This document shows, one piece after another, positions 34,706 to 48,184 of a stretch of 64,000 nt of DNA. Made by a program: the position numbers and the translations under genes. The notes beneath the pieces were generated by a model. The model had not been told where the DNA came from. It saw nothing but the letters and a program-made list of their open reading frames with translations, and did not search any database. Location of the stretch: assembly GCF_009914755.1 (NCBI RefSeq), contig NC_060934.1, one strand, 5' to 3'. Each line of letters starts with the position of its first letter. Positions within the stretch are counted from its first letter, which is position 1. The stretch is from the human T2T-CHM13v2.0 reference genome, Homo sapiens.

Positions 34706-36556
34706 CATCCCTCAGATGATGATGTTTAATGATGTAACACCTTCCTGAAAACTATATGGAAAAGGACATTTTCATTAATTGGACTGAGCATAGGAGACTG
34801 TGTTTTCCTATCAAGTATGTTCAAAGCTTATTATTAGTGGGGACTATCAATGCAGCAAGTAAAGGCAAGAAATGCAGTCTAGGTGTTTGTTAGGCAGGAC
34901 TATGAGTAATGGTCTATAAAATACAACAAAAACCTGGGAACGACCTGGAGTGTGTAGTAGAAAGTGAAAAACAAATGTTAATTTCTTCTACTATCTTTTT
35001 CTTTATTTTGGAGGAGAGAGCTTTGGCTTCTTCTTTTCTTAATAAAAATAGTGTCAAGGTCCTAATTGCATTTAATTAAGCCATATTTCTAGCACTGAGA
35101 ATGCAGAAGGATACACTGTAGCCTGCTGTTCTCCATTTCCTAATGCATGCAAGCAGCTCTAAATGAGTAAGAAATGATGATTGAATATTGTGAACAGGCA
35201 CAATAGTTAATCTCATGTGAATAGACAGTAGGAGTGGAATGTGTTTGTCTTGGGTTTGTTAGAAAGATTTTCATGATCAAACACTGAAAGAGGATTTTCC
35301 CCATTTTCTTCCTGCTGACAATGCATCACTGATAGTTTGACTTAATGAGGTTCTTAGATTTAATAAAATAGAAAAAGGCAGTGAGCCATTTCCCAAAATG
35401 ACTTGAAAGAAATATTTGGCAGAAATAATTGAGATTCAGAGAGTACTGGTCCATAGAACCCTACCAATTCCTACCACCCTGGACTATGCCCGCTTGCTCT
35501 ACATTTTCTGCTGATTTTAGAAATCACCCCATCGCTGCCTGGGTGGCAGTAACTTCCCTTAATAGGGCCATTTATCATAAACTATGAGTTGCTAAGGAAT
35601 TAATCAAAATTTTCCATGGGTAAGCAGTAACTTGAGAGTCTGTACAATCCTTAATAACGATACCTTAGCTTTGTATAATCTGCTGGAGTTTACGTAGTGC
35701 CTTCATGGACCTTTAACCATTCAGATCTCATTCTAATCCTGTCAAGAGGGGACCAGTATCCTGACTTTACAGTTGAAAAAAATTGAGGCTCCGGAATCCT
35801 TAAATGAGTTGCCTAAGGTTTTGCAGTGAGTAAATACATGGTAGCATTCAGACCTAGGTGTTATATCCATGTCTGGTGCTTGATCCAATCTAGCTGAACA
35901 ACTATCCCTAAACGAGCAAAAAAGATTCTGATTTGAGGTCTGAGGACCAGGGATGAAGTCCTGGCCCTTGCCTCTTGGTAGCACATGATGTAAGGCATAT
36001 CAGTTAGCCTCTCTGAATCATAGTTTTCTTATCTGAAAAACAGAGACAACTGTGCTGCTATCAATTTATTCTCATTACTCAGCCCCAAATCCACCCTTTA
36101 TTGCCTGCTTTGTGAAACTGCGGCTTCCTGAGAGATGCAACTGCCACCTGGCCATTTGGGGTGACTTGTGCCACTGAGCCAACCAGCAGAAAAAGGTGTT
36201 ACTCCATGGGCTAGAATGATTGATCCTAGTTACCAAGGGGGAAATTGAGCTGCTACTACACAATGGGGAAGAGGAACCATGTCTGGAACACAGAGGATTA
36301 TCTAGAGACCCTCTTAGTACTTCTATGCACAATAGTAAAAGGTAATAGAAAACTATAGAAACAAGCAAACAAAAAAAAAAGCAACATGACTGAGGACTTA
36401 GGCCCTTTGGGAATGAAGGTTTGGGTCATTTCACCCGATAAAGAACCTTGACCATCTGAGGTTCTGCCTCAGGGTAAAATGAATATAGGATGGATTCTGG
36501 GAGGAGGAAATCATAGATTATTCCATGGCATCTTACAGAAATCAGGACTGTGGTCA

Positions 36557-36997
36557 TGTGAAAGGAAAATATCTTAGGCCCCCAAAATCACTAAGGAAAA
36601 CTCAAGCTGGAAACTGCTTAGGGCCCACAGGCCTCCCATTCTATTCAAAGTCATCCCTCTGCTCACTGAGATAGATGCATATCTGATTGCCTCCTTTGGA
36701 AAGGCTCATCAGAAACTCAAAAGAATGCAACCGTTTGTGTTTCACCTATCTGTGACCTGGAAGCCCCTCCCCGCTTCCTGCCTTTGCTTCAAGTTGTCCC
36801 ACCTTTCCAGACCGAACCAATGTACTTCTTACACATATTGATTGATGTCTCCTGTCTCCCTAAAATGTATAAAACCAAGCTGTGCCCTGACCACCTAGGG
36901 CACAGGTCATCAGGACTTCCTGAGGCTGTGTGCTCAACCTTGGCAAAATAAACTCTCTAAATTAACTGAGACCTGTCCCAGATTTTCTGGGTTCACA
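36557..36997 (+). mobile_element. Solo LTR, MER4A-like (ERV1)
   Basis: Starts tgtgaaaggaaaat...gcccccaaaatcactaag, has TATAAAA and AATAAA, ends ctgggttcaca. Confidence 0.85.
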
Positions 36998-37036
36998 GTA
37001 GCTTTGCAGATTTTCTCCTTACTTGTTATATGTGTA

Positions 37037-37639
37037 TGTAAAAAGTAAAGTAAAGGTTCCTCTTCAAAGAGACTCTCCTCCCTGACTAATTAGGAATATA
37101 GTAACTTCTCTTAGAAGCAAAATTTATTTAAAGACCTGTGCTAACATTCTTAAATATCTGCTAGCCGTAATAAAAAAAAATCAATGTACTTTATGTTCTT
37201 AGCTCCCACAATTTAGCCTTAATATTTGCCCTGGCATGCTTATACTGGTCCAAGCAAGCATTAGGTCATAGCCTGTTCCTCTTCCATATTTGGCGGTGCT
37301 TTTACCTTTCTCAGCATTCCCCAAGTTACTTCCTCCTTCCTTTGTTCTTCTCTGCCTTTGCCTCTTTTAGAAAGTTCTAAGTTGCTAGCCAATTGGGACA
37401 AATAGAGAATGTGAGGTCTCGTTCCAGCCAATGGAAACCGGACATAGCAGTAGGGTGGATGTGTCAGGTTATAAATGACCCTTTATTCGGTGTACTTTCG
37501 TGGCAAAACTGCTGGCAAGTGTACCCTTTCTGCAGAAAGTCAAAATGGCCTTGCTGAGGAAATTAAATGTATGTTCAAATGCTATTTCTTTACGGCACTG
37601 GGGCACAAGCATTTTATTACTAAATAAGCATTTCAAACA
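37037..37639 (+). mobile_element. Solo LTR, LTR10C-like (HERV-I group, ERV1)
   Basis: Starts tgtaaaaagtaaagtaaaggttcctcttcaaaga and ends aagcatttcaaaca. CCAAT boxes at 37389 and 37428, TATA at 37470. Confidence 0.8.
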
Positions 37640-37759
37640 GTATATATTCATTTGTATATTATAAAAATATTCTTTTCTCTCCTTCCCACTGTTATTTTAT
37701 ATCTAAATTGTTGGAGGTTAACTTTATAATTTAGTGTTCAGGTAACAAAATATTCACTG

Positions 37760-38050
37760 GGGCCCAGCGCATTGGCACACCCTGTAATCCCATCACTTTG
37801 CAAGGCCAAGATGGGCAGATTGCTTGAGCCCCTGAGTTTGAGACTAGCCTGGGCAACATGGCAAAACGCTGTTTCAACAAAAAGTACAAAAATTAGCCAG
37901 GCTTGGTGGTGCACACCATAGTCCCAGCTACTCAGGAGGCTGAGGTGGGAGGATTGATTGAGCCTGGGAGGTCAAATCTGCAGTGAGCCATGATTGCGCC
38001 ACTGCACTCCAGCCTGGATGACAAGACTCTATCTCAAAAACAAACAAAAA
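37760..38050 (+). mobile_element. Alu (AluJ-type)
   Basis: Diverged full Alu within the ERVL relic. Confidence 0.9.
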
Positions 38051-39039
38051 TTCATTGGGACTGTGACTGAACTTGAGAATTATTACTATTGGGATTGTGT
38101 GTTTCCTTATTTTGAGGAAATGGTGAACACGTGTTCATTTTTACAAAGGGAAGCTGTATTATGTTAGGTGAAAACATAGAGGTGTTTTGTTTTCATGAAG
38201 GAGTTCAAATGTTTGTAAAAGGGTGCATATGGAAGCGAAGAAGCCAAAGAGATGGACAGTGCCCCTTTTCAACTGATCGCTTTTCAGTTCTCTTTGTTGT
38301 TCTGCTTTGTGATACTGTGGAGCTGGACCCTATACATGTTGACCTCTGTCAGCCAGCACTGTGTACAGCTTTGTCAATAGAGAGTGCCATAGGGACTCTG
38401 CAGGTGCAAGAGGCTTCTTTTTCCAGTTCCAGTGTTATTCTTTCCCACTTGCTCCTATGGCACATAGGATGCATGGCATGTATATAGAATGGCCAGGGAC
38501 ATTCATACTCTTGCAAGTTTGGCTGGCACACTGGTGAGAGACTCATGGTTCCCTGCTCACCAGCCTCAGCCCACCAGCTGATAACCAGCTCTGGCCTGGG
38601 ACAACTCAACAAACTTCTCCTCTATCTACTGGGCAACAGGCACACTCCTACCTGCCACAAGGTGTGAGACTTGACCTACCTTCCAAGTTTGTTCTTTTCT
38701 TGGTCACTCTCCCCGACTCTTAGGTTATTCTTCAGAGTTCTCTTTTATCTCCTCCCAGTCCCAGTTGCTAGTTCCTTATTACCAGTTGATAACTCTTTAT
38801 ATTACATTTTTTCTCGTTAAATTTCTGATGGTATTTCTCTCTCCTGATTGCAGCCTGACTGATACAAAAATGATATTGATTTTGAGTATTTCACAGGGTT
38901 ATTATGATGCTTAAATAAGCTAATGCACAGAGAAGCACTTAGAAATTTTTTAAGAATTTGGTAAATCATTGTATAAATGGTCTCAATGTATCATCCTTCT
39001 TTTATTCATGCTACTTTATAGCATGAATCACTGATGCTA

Positions 39040-39395
39040 AGATTGGTCATAACATTTGTTTTGGCCAATGGACATCTACACACATGATATAAGTAGAAGT
39101 TTGGTAAGCATTTGTATACTGACATGTGCCCCTGAACACTGCCCTGACATTGCCATGTGAAGAGGAATAGTCTAGCCTCCTAGAGGATGGACAACCACAT
39201 GCTGAGTGAAGCCCAGCCCTAAGCTGGTAGACCAGTGGGGTGCAGCTTCACGGGTAAGCCTAAGCAAGGCCAACAGAAGACTCACTCATTTAGCCCACAG
39301 AATCACAGAAAGAAAACATTGTTATTTTAAGACCCTACATTTAGGGGTGATTTGTTGCATAGCAATACATTATGGATGCAAGTATAACTGAAACA
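39040..39395 (+). mobile_element. MLT1-type MaLR LTR
   Basis: tttggccaatgg...ttgttattttaag...ggggtgatttgttgcatagcaata...taactgaaaca. Confidence 0.7.
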
Positions 39396-39424
39396 CTAAC
39401 TGAAAAGATATATAAGTTAAAATA

Positions 39425-39890
39425 TTAGTAAAAACTTTTTCTGTGGTAAGTGACTGAAATCTAACTTAAGCTAGTGTAAGCACAAAATAATATGTATTGG
39501 TTTACATAGTTGAAAGTCCAGGAGTTGGTTAAGCACATAGTTAGATCCGTATGCTCAGGCTACATCCTCAGGGATCAGCCGTCTTACCTTCATTTCCTGA
39601 TCTTCTTTCTTTTATCCTCAGGCAGGCGTTGCCTTCATGGTGGTAAGAGGGATTCCAGAGTCTCTTATGTCCTCAAAGCTTCAAGCTCAGCCAAAAGAAT
39701 CTCGATGGTTTCCACAAAAAATCTTGGGCCTTGGATCAACTGCCCACCCTTGAACCAATCCTGGTGGCCCCAGGCTGATTGGCAGACCTGAATCACCTAT
39801 CCCATGCCCAGAACTTTGGCTTGACCAGGCTCATCCAAAACAAGGGAATCCAGAGTGTTTCCCCAAAGAAAATCAGGGGGCTATTACTGG
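39425..39890 (-). mobile_element. Old MLT1-type MaLR LTR, antisense; hosts the distal FHIP2A exon
   Basis: gtaagtgactgaaatctaacttaagctagtgtaagc...tattggtttacatagttgaaagtccagg resembles the reverse-complemented MLT1J/K/L 3' end; accaatcctggtggccc lies further on. Confidence 0.6.
39622..39646 (+). CDS. FHIP2A: FHIP2A alternative distal last exon, coding part (tail MQALPSWW*)
   Basis: Branch-like CTGAT at 39597-39601, long pyrimidine tract, AG at 39620-39621. Joining to the phase-2 donor at 1458 gives AT|G CAG GCG TTG CCT TCA TGG TGG TAA. Poly(A) signals follow at 39931 and 39959. Matches my recollection of a shorter annotated isoform (not verified here). Confidence 0.7.
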
Positions 39891-39930
39891 GAAAAAGAAT
39901 TCCACCACAAGTATAAAAAATACTGTTATC

Positions 39931-39964
39931 AATAAAACATCACCTGATACTTTGGTTCATTAAA
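39931..39964 (+). terminator. Poly(A) signals of the distal last exon
   Basis: AATAAA at 39931-39936 and ATTAAA at 39959-39964, followed by T/GT-rich ttactttggtttttcttggttggg. Confidence 0.6.
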
Positions 39965-40795
39965 GATGTATTACTTTGGTTTTTCTTGGTTGGGAATCAT
40001 TTGGATACCAAGAATATAAATACTCTTGACTTAAGAAATGAGAAAGTTTATCAGAAGCATGCAGGATACTCCTGAATCCACAGGCAATGTGGCTAGGTGT
40101 CATGAAGAATTATATCCAAGAACTAGAAAGTCATAAGAGAGTCTTTTCTTTTTTTTCTCTCTCTCCCCCTCCACAATTACATGGTCTTTTATCTCTGCTT
40201 TTCAATGATATTAATTTTTAACTCTCTAATTTCTGTGGGGAACCCATTCTGCGAGGTTTGGTTAAAGCTGACCCAACTTCCTGCCACAGGGGCAGGCTCA
40301 TCTCTCAGACCAGCCAATCAGGGTATATCATCTCCCTGGCCACAGTGATGAATCTAGCTTGATCATGTGATCCAAGCTAGGTCAATTGGAGTCCTCCTGG
40401 GACCTTTCTGCCATAGTGATCCTGAGTCCTTTTTCCTCAGGGGTTCCTAAGTTAATTCGATGTGTATTGAATTTCATGGCCATCATGCTTGGCATATGGA
40501 AGAGAGCTTGTTTGCGAGCAGAGAGAAGAAAAACAACCTAATGATAGAATTTGAGATCTCAGATCCAACCATGACGTGAAGCCTTAGGTCTTTTAATTGC
40601 TTGAGCCCTGGGGTGGTGCTTCAACTTGGCCTAACTTCTCAGAGTCGGCCTAACTTTGCTCAGTTGCTCTAAGGTTGTACTATTTCTCTTGGGAACAAAA
40701 ATTCCCAAAGGAAAGAGAATTTATGAGCAGTAACTGTGGAGGAGTTAATTTTTTAAAAAATGTCCTCAAAAAAAAGGTGTAAAAATATTTCTTTA

Positions 40796-41531
<736 letters not shown>

Positions 41532-41603
41532 AAAAATATTTCTTTAAAGAGGCCCTACTCTTTAAAAAGAACTCCAATGGAAAGTTCCTCTTATATTCCA
41601 GTT

Positions 41604-42043
41604 GTATTAGTCTCCTATTGCTGCTATAATCAAAATGCAACAAAGTTAGTGACTTGAAACAGCACAACTTTGTTCTCATACAGAGGTCAGAAGTTACCAG
41701 TGGGTTGGCAGAACTGTGTTCCTGCTGGAGAATTGGCTTCCTTGCTTTTTCCAGCTACCAAAAGCTGTCCCCATGCCTTGGTTCAGGGCCCCCTTCCGGA
41801 AGTGGCATCATCCCAACCCCTGCTTTCATCACCACATCTTCTTTTTTGATATTGAGCTTCCTTCTTACCTCATATAAGGACCCATTTGACTACATTGGGC
41901 CCACCCAGGATAATCTCCCCATTGCAAACCCCTTAATTTAGCCACATCTGCAAAGAGCCTTCACCATGTAAGATAACAAATTCACGGGTTTCAGGGATTA
42001 GGATGTGGACATCTTGGAGGAGGGCATTATTTAACCTACCACA
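41604..42043 (-). mobile_element. MLT1-type (MLT1C/D-like) LTR
   Basis: tgtattagtctcctattgctgctataa...gggattaggatgtggacatcttgg...cctaccaca. Confidence 0.8.
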
Positions 42044-43554
42044 CTGGTGGACTTATTTATTTATTTATTTATTAAAAAAAATCTGTGTTACCCCCAAAAT
42101 GTTGTAATAAGAATAATGAGAAATTTGGAGTCACCTGTTTAGAGGAAATGTTTGTCTTCTAAGTCAAAGTGTATAACTCAAATAATCTGTCATTCTGCTT
42201 TATCCTGGGTGAGGAAAGACACTGGAATTTCAAGCACATTTAATTCCTTTGTAAAGATGATACTGCTCCTACTTTTCTTAAAATATACTCATTTTAGTTG
42301 GTATTTGTGCAGAAAAGTAAAATGCAGACAGGGACAAGAAAAGATAGAAATACTTGAGAAAAATGTAGAATAGAAAGGGCAAAAATTCACAAGCAACTTC
42401 TTAGCACTGCTTCAGAAAGGGAGGGGGAGAAAAAGAGAAACAGCAAAGACATACCACAAATATTTGCCATTCTCATAAAATGGAACTTGAGTGGAAAGTA
42501 TAACCTCTGACTTGGTGGATGGAGAGGGCCAGAGAAAGCTTCTTTTTTCTTTTATCTGACCACATTTCAAAACAATACCAGGCAATAATTGTCTCTTAGA
42601 GTAAACGGCAAAGGGAATTGATTTTTAAATTACTTTTAAATCATAAAATCCCACAATTGTAACTGCATTTTGGGTAGTCATCCGGCAGTATACCAGGAAC
42701 TTTACTGGAGAAAAAAATCCAGGAAGGCATTGAGAAGCACTAACAAAGCATGTCTCTGTTGAATTGATGTTAACTCTTCTCCTTAGTAATTGAGTTCTCA
42801 TCCTAGGAAAATATTATTTATGAGAGGTGAACATTTTTTTTAAAAGGCTGCCCTGAAAGAATAGCAGAAACTATGACATTTTTTAATTTTATAAAACCAT
42901 ATAAAGAGATGCCTGACAACTTTGATGATTGGAAGCTTTAAAACCAAATTAAATCTATAAGCAGGTTTTTCTCAAAAAGAAAAGGCTTGAATTCAATATA
43001 CATGTTCTACATTTATGTCAATGTTCTTTCTTTTTTTGTTTTCTTTTTAAATTTATTTTTATTTTATTTATTTTTTGTTTTTTCTTTGTAATGTTCTTTC
43101 TTCATTAATGGAAACTGAATAATTTCTGAGTGAATTATCTGAAAATCAACTTGCCAAATGCCAATTTACAGAAATTTAATTTACCCAATGATAATTTGCC
43201 AAATATGCAATTCTCCAAATTTATCGAACATATGGATTTATTTTAAAAAACTTGCTTTTAATAATTATTTCAATGTCATTTCTTACTTTTCAAACACTAA
43301 ATTAACATTAAAGAGTATCCTAAAAAAACAAGAAGTAGCTTATAAAACCCTACCATGTAATAAATGCTAACATTTTTAGTTCTAACCAGGAAAAATTGTA
43401 TACATAGACTCAGTAACAGTTTGCAGAAGAACTCAATGTGGAAAAGGAAAATTATTCAACTTACTAGAAAGAATACCTAAAAGGGGTTAGCATAACAGAC
43501 TGTATGATTAATAGTTCAAACTTGAGTTACCTTAACCATAAACATGAAATTGTA

Positions 43555-43911
<357 letters not shown>

Positions 43912-44814
43912 TTAAAAAGGGTTAAAAAAAAAAAAACCCTTAAAAGGCTAAATGAAGAAATGAACCAGACAGTGATGAGAGCAATCACATTATATAATAA
44001 ATAAGGGCTATGGATAATAAAAATTACAAACAAACATTGATTTGTTACTTGAAAAGTAATGGAGAAAGTATCTTAAAAGTACTAAAATATTAGAAAATTA
44101 AACTTTAAGAGTGACCTAAAAAGAGTTAGAAAGAAATTAATATAAACATAAAAATCCCTCAATGAAACATTAAGGTGTTGGTTAGAGTTGATTTATGATA
44201 TTAAATATATTCATCAGAATACTAAACCTCTCTATAATTTGTGGCCATTTGACTATCTGACCATTCCCTAATATGCTGCTAGGGAGATAAAATCAGAACC
44301 AGTCAACAAAAACTTCACAGGAACCTTCAAAAGCTGTTAAAAGTACTGCATTCAATTTGAGATGCTGCAAGACAGGGAGAGAGCTCTAAACTTTAAACAT
44401 AAATTTAAATAAATAAATTAAAAGAACAAAGTTTTGGTCAATGTTTAAGTTTATTGAACAGGTCATCTTTTGGCAGACCACAAGACTCATATCATTGAAA
44501 TCCCATAATGGCACCACTGTGCTCTTAAAAATCCAATCTCTTGCCATAGCCAATCAGATCTCCCCTTGGAAAGCTCCCACCTACTTACCTGTTCTCATCT
44601 CACCTTCAGTCAGACGTGCTGGCTCCTTTATGTTCCAAAAAGGCCACTTGTGCCCGTTTTGGCTTTGAGATATTTGCTTTTGATAGTCCCTCTGCCTGGA
44701 AGACTCTTCCTTCACTTCTCACGACTGTCTTCTCATCTTTCGGGTTTTGGTTTAAACATGACTTCATCAGGATGGCCCCGCATGATCACCCTATATAAAA
44801 CTTCCTTCCCCAGT

Positions 44815-45237
44815 ATGTGAGTCTGTTTTGCCTTGCTATAAAGGAATACCTGAGACTAGGTAATTTATAAAGAAAAGAGTTTTATTTGGCTCCGAGTTCT
44901 GCAGGCTGTCAAGCATGGCACCAACATCTGCTTGGCTTCTGGTGAGGTCTCAGGAAACTTGCAATCATGGTAGGATATGAAGGGGGAGCAGGTACGTCAA
45001 ATGGTGAGAGAGGGAGCAAGAGAGAGGAAGACGGGAGGTCCCAAACTCATTTTAAACAACCAGCTGTCTTGTGAACTAATAGAGTGAAAACCTCACTCAT
45101 TACACAAGAATGGTAGCAAGCCCTTCATGAAGGCTCCACCCCCATGACAAAAACACCTCCCACCAGGCCCTACCTCCAACACCGGGGATCACACTTCAAC
45201 ATGAGATTTGGAGGAGACAAACATCCAAACGCTATCA
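44815..45237 (-). mobile_element. MST-type (MSTA-like) MaLR LTR inserted in an L2
   Basis: ttgctataaaggaatacctgagactaggtaatttataaagaaaag...caacatgagatttgg...aaacatccaaacgctatca. L2-like flanks at ~44500-44810 and ~45240-45505. Confidence 0.85.
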
Positions 45238-47589
45238 CCCAGTTACCCTCCAATTACCCTATTCATTTCTTTTAAAAAAATCCAAAGCCTATCACTACTG
45301 GAAGCTGTTAGGTTTCTTTGTGCCCTTCACTTCCTTATTATCTATCTTCCTCACCAAAATATATGCTCCATGAGAGTTTAAAGTTATACTTTAAACCTAG
45401 TGCCTCTTCCTACAAACATTGATTTGTTAGTTGAAAAGTAATGGAGAAAGTATCTTAAAAGTATCTTCTGAGTAGCTACTAAATAAATATTTGTTGAATG
45501 AATCAAAGGATACATTTATCTTTGAGAACAGACTGCTCCTTAATTTTTTAAAAAATCCACTTAACTGCATCTTTTAGCAATGTGAAAATAAAGAGCTTTT
45601 GCAATGGAGTCTTTTGAGACAACACATTTTCTGCCAGTCATTTTTACCCCATGTCCAAATGAATGGAAGATTCCTTTTCCACTAGAAAAACATTCCCCCA
45701 CCTAGTGGAAAAGTACTTGAATCCAGAATGCACTGACTACAGGGATTTGGAAGGATCTATAATAGGCTGTCTATGAAGAGTCCATGCAAGAATGACTCAT
45801 AAGAGTTGTCATTGAAGACAAATCTGTGAGGGTGTAGGTGCATGGATCAGCATAAATCAGCCAGTAGTCCATCTGGGAATTGTGTCTGCTTGTATACATC
45901 AATACCTTCTCTGGGAGGCTTGGTTTCAAAGGATATTTTACAGACAACAGTATTAATCCCTAGAATTAGCACAGAGGAAGAGATGAAAGGAGTCCAATTA
46001 CTTTTGCAACCTAGGTGCCCCAAGCAGCCTCTCCGACTTTTTTTCACTTTCCACTAACTCTTGTCCTTGAAGAAAGGCTAATTAGAAGTTAGAAAGAGGT
46101 TGAAGTTCCCCCAAAGACAGAATTTCAGAGAATTGGGAAAACTTTTTCAAGCCTGGCAATAAGAAATGGTTTTGATAGCCATTAAGGTGACCTCATGTTC
46201 ACCTTCAAGCAAGATTTTGAGAAAACTGGGGTAAGCCTCAATCTATTTTCACTCAATGAACTGAAAGATAAAGGGAAAGAATGTAGACATTCTGTTGCCT
46301 GTCCTGGGTAATCAATAAGGAAACTGCTCTTTTTTTGAAGAGTTATATGGGCTTAATGATCCTCAGATCCTGAGTTCAGAATTTAAAATACATATGTATA
46401 TAATTGTTGCATAGCCCACTCTGAAGTAGTAGTTGCAAATAAAAGATTCAATGAAAATGCATGTGGAATGCTGACTATAAATTATCACACATATTATCAT
46501 CATCTAGTCAAATATTTATCTTTTCTGGGGACTCTATGCTCATGGGGATTGATAATGAGATATTAAGCCTTTTGCCATTAATATTCTGTCTCAAATTGAG
46601 CCCAGCTTTACAGAGGAAAAAAAAATTGTTGTCATCTCAGTTTTCGCTGCCTGCTCTTTGTAAAGAGGCAGGAGGATACTGTCAGAATTGGCTCTAGGGA
46701 AAATTGCAAAGTCGAGGTTGGCATTCACTTTTCCTTTTTCCTGTTTGTCACCCCTCACCCTGAGTCTCTCATTTCCTTAGGGTCTTCCTGTTATCCTCCT
46801 GCCTTCCTGAGGGTTTGCAATATACTGTCCCAATGAGGCAGCCCCCTTTGCTGGGACCTCTACCTTCCTCTCCTCTGTTTGTTGCTGCACTGTGGTCCTC
46901 AAGCCTTAGAAATGAAGTTGCCCTCAGAGAGTTAAACTCTAAATGAATTCCTAATGGATCAGAGCAGAGATTAGCAAGTACCTTAAAGCGGTCAAGTGGC
47001 TCCCCAGGCAATAAGAATGGACATTAACCAGATTGAAGATATAATAATGTATCTAACAAAAAAAGGGCAGGGGAGGATTTGGTCAGCCAAGGAGATAAAA
47101 ATCACTTGTCAAAGACAAGACTAGCAGCGTTCATCTAAGCACTGAGCATAGGTAGAGGCCCTTCTGTCTTCTTATTGTAGTCCTGGGTGGATGCTACCAA
47201 ATGTTCAAGTTGTAAAACTCCTGCCTCTGATTCCCCTACCTCCAGCTTCTTCCATTCTCTCCAAGCAACTGTCTGATAGTTTGACGTCCCATGGAGCTTG
47301 CCTACATGGGAAAAAATGCAGTAATCAAGCCAACACAAACATTATGCATGTCTAATAATTGTTTTTCATATTGAAAATTTGCAAGCAAGTACCCTGATTA
47401 TATGACAGTGTGGGATGAGCTATACAGATCCTTCACCTCCAGGACTCAACGAAGTTTCTGAGACTACCAGGCTAGTATAGAAGGAATGCCCAAATGGGAC
47501 CAGTCCACTGTGGTCCACTGTGGGTTGTGTGTAGAGAAACTGTAGGATGTCACGGGATCTGTAATTAAAAGCAATGCAAATTTCTTACC

Positions 47590-48031
47590 ATTATGGGTTG
47601 AATTGCATCCCCCAAAAGATATGTTAAAGCCTTAGCCTCCCAGTACCACAAAATGTGACCTTATTTGGAAACAGAATCATTGTAGAAGTAATTAGTTAAG
47701 TGAAACTGAAGTCATACTGAAAAAGGGTGGGCTCTTAATCCAATATAACTGGTATTTTTACAAGGAGAGAGAAATTTGGACATAGACTCAGAGGGAAGAC
47801 TGCCATGTGAAGTCAGAGGCCAGGCTGAGTGATGTTGCCTCCAGGCAAGGAATACCTGGGCTACCAGAAGCTAGAAGAGGCAATGACAACTTCTCCCTTA
47901 GAGACTTTGGAGGGAGCGTGGTCTTTCCAACACCTTGATTTTGGGCATCTAACCACCAGAACAAATTTCTGTTGTGTAAAGCCACCCAACTTATGGCAAT
48001 TTGTTATGGTGACCCTAGGAAATGAATACAC
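47590..48031 (+). mobile_element. MLT1-type (MLT1B/C-like) LTR
   Basis: tatgggttgaattgcatcccccaaaagatatgtt...gtgaccttatttggaaa...ctaggaaatgaataca. Confidence 0.85.
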
Positions 48032-48184
48032 AAACGTAAGAAGAGAAGGCACTTGGTGGCCTCACAACCCTGCACTGTATGAAGTGAAGTGTGGCAGGAG
48101 AAAACAGTCTGTCAGACCTAGGGCTTAGTCCAAAGGGGAAGGGGAAGGATAAGAGGATTCGAGATGGAGAAGTTGGTGAAGTCC

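Larger units (their letters stand above)
36078..38866 (+). mobile_element. Decayed ERVL provirus fragment (dUTPase-region internal sequence, 3' UTR and LTR33-like 3' LTR), split by three later insertions
   Basis: 36140-36556 resembles ERVL internal sequence (actgccacctggccattt...tgattgatcctagttaccaag...gaatgaaggtttgggtca). It resumes at ~36998, ~37640 and ~38051. The LTR from ~38258 ends in cctgactgataca at 38866. Confidence 0.65.
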
